DNA from: Nemertoderma westbladi
Taxonomy: Eukaryota; Animalia; Xenacoelomorpha
Length of the DNA: 64,000 bases
Direction of reading: 5' to 3'
NCBI GenBank assembly: GCA_032718475.1
Contig: JAUCBJ010008653.1
Span: 1 to 64,000 of the forward strand
Shown here piece after piece: positions 51,601 through 62,200 of the stretch (the first letter of the stretch is position 1; each line of letters begins with the position of its first letter). Made by a program: the position numbers and the translations under genes. The notes beneath the pieces were generated by a model, which was not told where the DNA came from, made no database searches, and was given only the letters and a program-made list of their open reading frames with translations.

Positions 51601-51753
51601 TCCTTCGTTTAGAAGGATAATTTATCCTACGAATTGTAAACTGAATTATCAGACAATTTAGACGGCGAAAATGCTGATAATTTCGAAGAAAATTCATTTC
51701 GATCAAATTAGTAGCATATTAGTAGCAATTTCGAAGGATGTGACTTTGCTGGG
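48604..51753. mobile_element. Non-autonomous EnSpm/CACTA (CMC)-type element nested in the IS3EU element, 2-bp TSD CT
   Basis: CT|CCCAGCAAAGTCATA ... TGTGACTTTGCTGGG|CT; subterminal arrays rich in TTCGAA and AAATTTATCCTTCGTTTAGAAGGATAATTT at both ends. Confidence 0.85.
49679..49820. mobile_element. PIF/Harbinger-type MITE (142 bp), 3-bp TSD TAG
   Basis: TAG|GGGGGCGTTCATAAAGTATGTCACGC ... GCGTGACATACTTTATCGAACACCCCC|TAG. Confidence 0.85.
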
Positions 51754-52238
51754 CTTAGTCACTATTATTTACTTAATGTAGTTAGTGTTTCTAAGTTTCC
51801 AAAATTTTAATTGAGAAAAATACATTACTATATTGTAATTACTATATTGTAATTACTCATATTGTATTATTATTACTATCATATTTTTTCAATAAAGATA
51901 AGTACAGATATAGCGGAGTCAAGATACAGGAAAGTAGAGTTTAGTTAAGTGTAATCTACAAAACATTATTAAATACAATGTTAATACAAGTAAGTTGTAT
52001 CTAAGAAGCAAAACATTAAACCGGTAATATTTCTCACCAGTTGTTACACGAGCTTAGTTGCATTCGCACATTTTCAGAAGTGAACATAGAGTTACAATTA
52101 ATAGAAACTAATTTTTTATCCTATTTTGGAACTAATTCTGACATTAGGCCATGTAATCTGGTACTGATAAACTGTACAGTGTAGACTATACATAACATTT
52201 GTGTAGCTTAGAGCTTATCATAATTCGTTGTGTTTGGG

Positions 52239-53579
52239 ATGGACCAAGAACAGCGTCGCTGCTGTAATTTACTTTATGGCGATGATAATATTTATTGCAC
52301 AAGATGTGGACACCGTTTACAACAGTTGTCAGTGCCTCAACATCCTGTAGTTGATCTTACAACAACGACGACGTCTACGAGTAATCAGAATTGGTCGTTA
52401 GTTAACCCTAATGGTAGTGGACCTGGACAGTTACAATTTCCAAACACTCAAAACATTAACAAGCCAAGGCGCCCAGCAGAGCTTATAGAGGAATTGAATG
52501 CTACATTTGCTCCTTATGGTAGTGGAAGATCTACAGGATTGTCAGGACATATCAGTCGTCGGTCATCGAGTTCGAGTGGTAATCGAAGGACATTACCGAC
52601 AGTGTCAACTAGTGGTAGTCGATCAAGTGGTAGGCCGCGTTCCTCCTCTGTAACGAAGTCAGTCATTGTTATCAAAACAGAAGACGGCGATACTCGAGTT
52701 TGTAAAGATACCATTATTAAACAATGCATGGTAACATATACTGACAATTCCACTCAAGAAGAAGTGCAGTCAATAATTATGAATTCATTATTAGCACCAC
52801 CGTCATGCAATTCTGACTTTGAGTTTATTAAAGTTTTCAATAAATCAATTCTACCCCTATCTGTGTCTGATAACTTTATATTTAATGGCCAGACACTTAA
52901 ATCGATTTATCCTAGAGATAAACCAATATATGTTCGGATTGAAAATAGAAGCAGCAATGAGTCCACTGTTATAGTCCCAACTACGATTTCCGAGAATGAT
53001 ACATTACCAACAACATTTTTGCAGGGGCAGGCAACCGTTGCAGAACATATCCCAATAACTTCCCCGCAAGTCATTAATAGAGAAGCCATACAAATATATT
53101 ATGAATCCATGTTAGTGGACGACTCTTCCGATGATGAATGTAATGAGAGAGACATGAATATAGCTCCATCCGGCAATATGGAAGGCATTATTGATGATGC
53201 ACGCAATTGGAAATTAAGAAAGGAAGACTTGGCTGTTTTGAAGAATTTGCAGCATTACTATGAGTACGACGACACAATGCCAGGATACATAGATGTCGAT
53301 CTTCTGCAAAAGATATTAATCCGCAGGAGAAAACTAATGGATGATGTAATAGAAAAGGTGCATAATCTTAACCCTGGAGAGGGTATTGTGGTAACATTTT
53401 CATGAGAGTCCGGTTGCGACCAAGGTGGCCTACGTCGTGATATGTTTGGAACATTTATTAATGCTTTAAGTAATTCCGCTCTGTTTTCGAATATTGATGG
53501 ATTAATAATACCCTCCGTAGCTGATATATCTAAGGATCTAATGGATATCCACAACCAATCATCCCCCTTAATAATTTAA
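52239..53579 (+). pseudogene. IS3EU accessory gene: N-terminal Zn ribbon, possible ubiquitin-like region, and HECT-like E3 ligase N-lobe; in-frame TGA at 53403 and C-lobe missing
   Basis: CC...YCTRCGHRL at the N-terminus; ILIRRRKLMDD...IVVTFS*ESGCDQGGLRRDMFGTFINALSNSALF resembles the HECT start consensus (V.R..l..d...V.F.GE.g.D.GG..RE.f). Confidence 0.7.
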
Positions 53580-54066
53580 GTTAATTGAAATTGACATATT
53601 AATTTATTAACTTTACTTTTTTAATTTAATATCAAGATGAAGGCTCCTTACGTTTTAGGCCCGTGTGTTCCTATTAATTGTACTTTATGCTTATCCAATC
53701 TTCGCCCAATAATTACCAATTATTGGAAAGGAACAGGTTATAGTGGGATGCATTTCTAACCAAAACAATAAACGTGAGTCAATAGCACAGGTTAAACTTC
53801 CATAATCAATTTTGATTGATAATCATCAATCATCAATTAAAAGTATTAGTTAAATAGGGAACAGTTCCGTATGTGCCAACATTTTCGTTGTTTTTTTTTC
53901 AACAAATTTTCATGCTTTTTTAAGGGAGAAGTTTGCCGCGTCCCTCTTACTTACATTTATACCCGTCCGTCCCATGAGGTAATAACAGAAAATTGGTTGC
54001 GAAATAGCTGGAAATAATATAAAATTATTATAAACTAAAAATCGATACAAAAAATAACTAGTATCG

Positions 54067-55864
54067 TTATTCTTTATAATTAAATACAAATTGCTTGCAA
54101 TATAAATAGCAGTCAACACCGTATTTATTATCGGAATTATCAGACCCAAATCGGTGATTGATTTCACTGAGTAACTGTCTTTCAGATTCTTCGGATATAG
54201 GACGTTCAATATTGGTAACATCAACAACTGTCTCTTGATCCTCAACAATCGGACCTGACCAATCTACTCCGTAATTATCTAGGTTTATATTGTTCATCTC
54301 ATCTGGTACGTTGTCGATGTCACATGTCGATGTTAATCGGCTATTGATGAAAATCTTCTGGGGGGTCCAGTAGCGTTCCGTGCGTAACCCATGTGCATTC
54401 CAACCAATTACAAATCTTTCTAGAGCCGCGTTTATTTGTTTCTTGTAAGTAATATGCAAACAATATATATCATCGACAGAGGAGGGATCTAAATGGGAGT
54501 TGTCTTCTAGCCAAAAAAACAGCTCATAATAAACAATAACAACAGTACGGAATACATCTCTCCATAAGCGTTCTATCCTTTGATTGTGAGTACTTTTACC
54601 TGCAATAAAGCTTCCTCGTTTTGTGCCTCGATGACTTATCATATATTCGGCGACCAGTCAGTCTATTTTCCCCTCCCTTATCTCCTCTCACCCTTGAAGG
54701 GAGGCCGTATTTCCTAACTGCTTCCTCGAACAATGGCAAAACAGTTGCAGCACAGTTGTTACCCGATGCATAAAGGTATGTAATCAGACGGGAAAATCCA
54801 TCAACCCCACCTAGTACAGTCGAATTAGCGAAAACATTCAATTGTAAACAATCATGAAATTTCGGTTTCCATCAACATTGAAATTTTAAAATTCCATCAA
54901 CATTTAATATTCTAGAATATATATAATATCATAACAGGGCCTATATTACCTATTTTGCTATTTCACTTCAGCTTTAGTTATCGATCCGAGATATTAATGT
55001 ATTTTTTTAAAGTGGCTTTCAACAACAAAAAAACTACAAAAGTCGTGGCTAAAATAACATTTTTTGTTTTTTTTCGCTTTTTCGAAAGTACTAACCATGT
55101 ATTACGAAGTTCCACCTTATAAGGCTATGATGGCCATCGATGTGCCATAAAGAATTGGCACCCTTTACATTATATCGTCGTCGGACCACAAGCGCTCGCC
55201 ACCTTGCTGCTGATAAAATGGGGTTGATTTCCCTTAAGACACGATGAACATGTCGAAGCGCGATGAACATATTTTGACTTCGTAGCATGGCATACACGAA
55301 TCTACATCCCGCATAAGGGAATTGTTGATGAATTTCACCAATAACCTCTTTAATTTGGTTTTCATTCTCTAACGTATTGCGATACAAGTTTCGAACTCCC
55401 AAACCAAATTGACGAACTCGGTCCATAATAGTTGATAGACTCACTCCGAATATCGCAGCAATCTGAGTCCAGTTAAATCCCGCCTCTTTGAGGTATTCAA
55501 GTTGAGACTTAGTAACGTTGTATCTTGGTCTCCCCGTATTATCAGGTCCCGGACCATTATGTGTGAGAACATGATTAAACAAAGAAGTACAATCAGGACT
55601 GACCCTTATGTACAAGTTGGCGATACGAACTTGTAGGTATTGAACATATGTCAGATACTCAACAATTGCTGAATCATGAGCTGTCAAATTATTAGATTCC
55701 TTTATCATAGTTAAGCAATTACATATATTGGTGAGTTTAGCTAATAGGTACTCCTTGAATTCGTCATTAATTAATTGAGGTGAGTAATCAGGTTTTAAAA
55801 CACGTTCGCATTCGGTTATGATATGTTCCAAATGGTTGACAAATATACTTGCCGGAGTTTCCAT
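54067..55864 (-). pseudogene. IS3EU DDE transposase, two exons (55864-55096 and 54810-54067), with a 4-bp duplication frameshift near 54655
   Basis: GRPRY, HTH (FNWTQIAAIFGVSLSTI), NSLWHIDGHH, HG|[34 protein letters not shown]; GT-AG intron 55095-54811. Confidence 0.9.
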
Positions 55865-56024
55865 GATAAACAATAAAAACTAAACTACTATAAAGTGGCA
55901 ATGATGAAATCAAATTTACAATATAAAAACAACAATTTAAATAACCTTAATAATAATAAAATAGCAAAATAATAATCATAACAAATATTAAAAGGGTTTT
56001 TTAAATACATAAAAATTATGTCAT

Positions 56025-56638
56025 TCGTGATTGGCTAAAACATGGGTGACATATTTTCAAAGATGAGGCGCAAATTCGCGATTGGCTAAAAGATGGGTGG
56101 CAATTATTCGAAGATGAGGCGCAAATTCGTGATTGGTTAAAAGATGGGTGACAATTATTAAAAGATGAGGCGCAAATTCGCGATTGGCTAAAATATGAGT
56201 ACAAAATTGCAAGGTTTTCCGAATTAATGGTGTATTCATTTTAAAATGAGAACATAATTCTTTGAATTAGTGACTCTTATAAAAATATGAGTACAAAATT
56301 AAAGGATTTTCCGAATTAATGGTGTACTCATTTTAAAATGAGAACATAATACACTGAATTAGTGACTCTTATAAAAATATGAGTACAAAATTAAAGGATT
56401 TTCCGAATTAATGGTGTACTCATTTTAAAATGAGAACATAATTCTTTGAATTAGTGACTCTTATAAAAATATGAGTACAAAATTGCAAAATTTTCCGAAT
56501 TAATGGTGTACTCATTTTAAAATGAGAACATAACTCTTTGAATTAGAGACTCTTATAAAAATATGAGTACAAAATTATTTTCCTTAAAAAATATGAGTAA
56601 ATAATAAAATGGGGTTTTAATACTAAAAGTATGCCATA
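56025..56638 (-). repeat. Right TIR of the IS3EU element (51-bp CCAAT units and 92-bp units)
   Basis: Reverse complement of the left TIR; ATTGG at 56030, 56081, 56132, 56183. Confidence 0.92.
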
Positions 56639-56714
56639 GAAAACCAGCTGATTTATCCTACAGTAATAATAATTTAACGCATGTTAATTTTGGATAAATA
56701 AATATATTATAACT

Positions 56715-56950
56715 ACAATAACAGTTACACTGATACTGCACGAAGGCCCCACGCAAATTCTACTTGGAAAATTTTCAAACTTTTGCCAAACAACATGTGT
56801 ACCAAGTTTGGATAGATTTCATCAAGGATTGGCCGAGTTATTAACGTTTAAAATAAAATACTGAAAAAAAACGCGACAGAACGACAGAACGACAGGTTGA
56901 TTAATGGTACCACTACGCTAAGGCTCTCTCACTTCGTGGCTCGCCCCACA
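56715..56950 (+). mobile_element. Short non-autonomous Helitron/Helentron-associated-like element
   Basis: TGTACCAAGTTTGG core, (CGACAGAA)n microsatellite and 3' end GTGGCTCGCCCCACA, shared with 24005-24040 and 45420-45520. Confidence 0.4.
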
Positions 56951-57721
56951 TGTAGGAATAACGTTATTGTAAACGGGTTGGAAAATTATCTGGATGTAAA
57001 GGTGCTTCCTTATTTGTGCTTCAGTTTAGTGTCACTGTCATTTGTTTGACAAAGTGTTGGTACCGACCGTTTTGGTCTTTGGTACAACGTCAAACGTGGT
57101 CAGGCTATCCATTGTTATTAATTATTACATTGTGGTAGGCTTTACTGATCAACTTTATAGACTAACAATTATTGTCTGTCTATATGTACTTACGGTATAT
57201 GCATTTAGGCTTTCAGTTTGTATCTGCCTTACTGCCTGTGCCTATCTGTATCTGTATACCGTATGTTATTGTTGTAGGCTGGTTGTAGAAGTTAAACAAT
57301 TAATCAGTCTTTTACAGGACACGGCGGCGTAGTGTATCTTAATAGTTTTAAGATACTTGCTTCCTTACGTTCTTGTTAAGTCAGTTGGGTTTATATTTTT
57401 GTATATCTGTATTATGTACATTTGGTTACACGACATTTACTATAGTAACCCACTAACCACTCCACGGCATAGTGATTGTTTCGCCAGTACAATTGCAGCA
57501 ATTTAAGTTTTATATACTGTATGATACATTTATAGCTGATGTTATCATAGGACGTCATGAACCCTATGCTTACTTTATTCAGCTGGTGAATGTCATACTG
57601 TATTTTTGCTTCAATTTTGCACTGTTGCAGCAGTCATCTATCGTGTCGTACTATCACTCGCAGCAACAACTTCACACTGTATATCACGGGATGTTTACGT
57701 AAAGGTAGTTTAATAATCCTT

Positions 57722-58580
57722 AAGTCGAGGAAATCCTGCCAAGTACCTAACTGATCTAGACTTTGCTGATGACTTAGGAGTACTCTCAGAATCATTAGAG
57801 GGAGCCCAGCGGCTCCTCAGCTCATTAGAACATGCTGCTTCTAGTGTTGGTCTTTTTATTAACTCCAGAAAGACCAAAATACAGTTAACTTTGAAAGTCC
57901 TCAGCAAGTCTCTGATCGGATGAGCATAAGCTCAAAGGATGGTGTGCTTGAGCATGTGGACGACTTCTGTTACCTGGGATCATGGATCTGGAAGTCAGGT
58001 GAGGACCTTCGAATACGTAAGGGAAAGGCATGGGCAGCCTTGAATAGGCTTTCCAGGATTTGGAAGTCACCGAGAATTAATCGGAAACTTAAGGTCCGGT
58101 TATTTAGAGCAGCAGTAGTTCCAGTACTCCTCTATGGGAGTCCATGCTGGGCTCTAACTGCTGTGGACACCAAATCTCTGAAGAACACAAGAATGCTACG
58201 CCGGGTTCATTGTGTCAAGTACAATGCACACATCTCCAACCAGACACTATATAACATTGGAGGTGTCTCATTGGTTCCCCCAAGCTTGACACTAGAACAA
58301 AATCGCCTCCGCTTTGCAGGACATTGCTTTCGCCGTGAGGACCAGCCAGTGCATAATCTTGTACTTTGGCAGCCTCATGGAGTGAATAAGCATGGTGGAC
58401 AGCCCATGACTTTCTTGAGACGCATCTTAAAGGACACTGGCCTTAAAGATGCGGATGATCTAGCAAATGTCATGGGTGATAGGGAGTTGTGGCGGTGCAA
58501 TTTTGTTGACAAGCCGGCACAGCATTCTTAAAAATGCAGCTGCAATGCAGCATGCCGATCCTAGTAGTAGTAGTAGTAGT
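57722..58580 (+). mobile_element. Second, more strongly 5'-truncated copy of the RTE element, with 13-bp TSD
   Basis: Near-identical to 8064-8939; TSD GTAGTTTAATAAT at 57705-57717 and 58576-58588; (TAG)n tail. Confidence 0.93.
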
Positions 58581-59274
58581 TTAATAATAAGTGCACTACT
58601 AAAGATATATATATATCACCGGTACTGTGTTTACTAGACATACTTATTAGGCAGACAACACGTAGTGCCTACTATATTTTATTATTAAATCTGCGGATAT
58701 TCTTGTGTTGTTTAAAATGGTGTAGGCCTTTTATCATTATCTATCATATCCATATTCTTTCTGCACATCAAATAATATTGATATTGAATCGTTATATTAT
58801 TTTGTTAGATTAACACATTTGTTTTGTTATATATATTGTGGAATATATGGCAGTAAACGAATAATATTAAACATCGGTCGCTGGTATTGTGAATGGCAAT
58901 CAGCATTATTTAAAAATCTGCTTAAACATATATTATTGAAATACATTTGATAGTGTAGGCCTTTGTTTATTTGTAGGGCTTTCAAGTTGAGTAGGCTGCA
59001 CCATCACTGTTTTCCCTGAATGCGGCCGGTACTTCTGTACAAATTGTAAGTTGCCTCGTAACGGTAACTCGTAAAATTATTAAAGACGATATCCTACGCA
59101 GTACTCACAAGTGGTTGGGTTCAGGTGTTCAGTTTATTTGGGTGGACGCATTTGAATATATTGAACATTTTGAACTTCGGTTTACCTCTCAAGTTTTTGT
59201 CAAATTGTCAATAATTGGCAAATTAAATATTCCCCAATATATCAAATAAGTAAAATAAAATCAACAAATGAGAT

Positions 59275-62200
59275 ATGGCTACTGGGGGAAATAATCCCAC
59301 AGTCAATGAGGATGTTAATGTTGATGACATTTTGGGGCAAAGTTATTCACGTATTTCATCCCCATCGTCATCCGTTGAAACGGCAGTAACAGCTACAGTG
59401 CTGAGACCCATGTCTGAACCAGAGACCAAATCGCAGAATGACGCAATATTGTTACAGGAAACATTGCAATTGCGAGCATTTTTGCAGGAAACTCCAGTAG
59501 AACAAGCTGTACTGCAAGTAGAGGCACAACAACCTCCAGAAGAACAAGTGCCACGCAGATCTACGAGGCATCATCCAACACAAGTGGTGAATGAAAGTGA
59601 TAATGTCAATACATCCTCACTAACTAAGAGTCTGTCTGGATATCTTAGTAATGTTACCCGGCTTGATCGTACAATAAGTGAGTATCAACATATAGATAAA
59701 TCCATACCTCGTGATTTATTGACCAAGTTGAGAAATGCTTATTCCAAAGTAATTGATAAAATAGGTGAGTTGAAGTTGGCGTATGAGCGCCAGGGTATGT
59801 CTATGCCAGTGAAATATACTGACATGTTAATGCAATTCATAGCCAAGGAGGCCAATATGTGTACCAGTGTAGATGACTTCTATGAGTCTGGACGATCTGT
59901 GCAGGCAAAAGAACTCACACGTGTTGGTATACATGCCGAAGTACCATGGCTGAATATCCCCGATGTAACAACAACAAATGAGCAGGTCACTATTAGAAAT
60001 AAAGAATCCGTGCCAAACTATATAAGTTTAGCACACAATTCTAGAATTAACAGAAGTCGAGATATCGCCACAAGAACCGATACAAACAGTATACATCCTT
60101 CACAGTCTGCTAGTGCAACATTTGCAACAAAGAAGCTGAGGAAGGATAAATCTCGACTAACAAGCATTTTAAGTGGCACATCGGCTTCATTATCTAGACT
60201 ACAAGTTGAAGCTTCGATGGAACTGGAACTCTCCAAACTCATGGACAAACAAGCTGAGGAACAGCTTGATTGGAAAACCAGTCAGGCAACAAAAGCCAAA
60301 CTACAGGCGGATGCTGAGGCAAAGGAAGCGAAATTACAAACTGAACTTGAATCCATACACAAAGCAAAAGAGGTGCAAAGGGCAAATGAATTAAAGGCAA
60401 ATAATCTTATTGAGCAAGCAACCTTTGACAGACGTGCCTGTTGTCTGTCAAAGGTTGCTTGCTCAATAAGATTATTTGCCTCTTCGTTTGATCTTCAGCG
60501 CAAACAATTGGTTGCTGATTTATTGCAAAAGGAGAATCAACGCAGGGAAGAATTGTCTGAGAGACATCAGAATGTGATTCCACCAGAGCACCCTCCTGAG
60601 CAACTTGGTCAAACAAAAAACCTTATTCACAGACAGTTACTTTTAAACAAGATGATCACATAAATAAACAGATAAAATCTAAAGTAACAAAAGTGGTTAA
60701 TAAAATTGATACACCCGTACTGATTGGTGCACAGGAAGAAATTTCTGGTCTCCGTGCTTCTGCGGACTCCTATGTACCCAGACACAGGACAAATGAGTGC
60801 CGATCAGGATAGGGGATATGAACCATACATGCCCATCGCAGAAAATAACTTTGACAACAACGGTAAACATGTAGATAATAACACACCTCATACAGGTATT
60901 GGTAACGGTAAATTGGTATTGGTAAATTGGAAAATATTGGCATGATGATATATCAGCCAATATTCTCAAATCTTCTAGTCCCATTGATTTTGAGAAATCA
61001 CATTTACAATCTATGGGTGACAGTCTGCCCAACTATAATCGTGGTCAGAATAACCATATAAACAGTAAAATTATAGATAATGTAGAACCAGGAGTTAATT
61101 ACATGAGTTATCACCCAATTTTTGCTGGACAAAGGGATGTGCCACGAGGTACACATCCTTTTGACATTACATACACTGGCACTCCAAACGTTGGAAGTGT
61201 TAGTCCACCATTTGTTGGAAGTGGAGAGCCACCATTCTGGAATTACAGTGGTGTAGGCTACTCTCTAAGTGGAGGTGGTGGTTTACCAAATAATTGTAGT
61301 GGTGGTTGTGGTCACCCTCCAGGTGGCAATGGTGGTGGACAACCTGCAGGTAATGGTGGTTGTAAGGATAGTAATCACCCACCACATGGTGCTTATTGAT
61401 CACCGGGTGGGCAGAGTGATATATTAAATCCTCTTGGCTCTCTCCTTGCATATCTCACTGGGCCTCCAAAGGAGGCTGTGAAAGGTTTTATCAATGCACC
61501 ATATGGCTATCGTTTAGCATGGGCATTACTTGATCAAAGATATGGTCATGTTACTAAGATAATCCGATCAACCTTCGATTCTCTTATTCTAAGTAAACCC
61601 GCCGTTAAGTTTAATTCAGCTGATTTGATGTTATATGCAGATCAGATACGTAATGTATATAATACATTAAAACATTTGAAAAATCCTCAGGAGATGAACA
61701 GCCATCATAATCTTCGTGCAATCATTGCTCGCCTTCCACAAGAACTTATAAGAAAGTGGCAGATGGAAGCCACACGAATCTCAAATAGGAGAAGGTCAGA
61801 AACAGGTCTAGCTTCTGATCCTACATTATTGGATGTTCTTCGTTTTGTGAATTTCTATGCTGAGGTTGGAGATCATCCTCATTATTCACAATTATACACA
61901 GTTTCCACAAAGGATCAACAACAGAGTAGTGATAAAGGAAAAGTAGTCAAAGTATCTAATGATCCTCTTAAGGACACAAGGAAGGTCAAATCAATGATAG
62001 TTCAAACCAAGCATAAGGGTAATCTGTCATCGCCTGTAATTTCAAATACTCCTCCAGAATGCACTTTGTGTGAAGGAGTTTCACATTTTTTGTATAAATG
62101 TCCACAGTTTATTGCAATGACTGGTTCTCAAAAGGGAAATGTAATTTGGAAACAACATGGTTGTTTCAAGTGTTCCCGTTCAGGACATATAGCAATAAAT

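Larger units (their letters stand above)
47615..56638. mobile_element. Complete IS3EU-type DNA transposon (TATGG...CCATA termini, 6-bp TSD GAAAAC, long TIRs, two convergent genes)
   Basis: GAAAAC|TATGGCATACTTTTAGTATTAAAACCCCATTTTATTATT ... AATAATAAAATGGGGTTTTAATACTAAAAGTATGCCATA|GAAAAC; IS3/IS481-like transposase inside. Confidence 0.9.

Noticed and set aside
53403-53405. Selenocysteine or programmed readthrough at the in-frame TGA
   Set aside because: The position corresponds to the conserved Gly of F.GE; a GGA-to-TGA mutation is simpler and the downstream domain is truncated anyway
54067-55873. Bacterial IS contamination
   Set aside because: The transposase has a GT-AG intron and the element has a TSD within eukaryotic repeat-rich flanks
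56951-59100. 5' LTR of the BEL element
   Set aside because: LTR-like composition, but boundaries and PBS cannot be fixed without the 3' LTR
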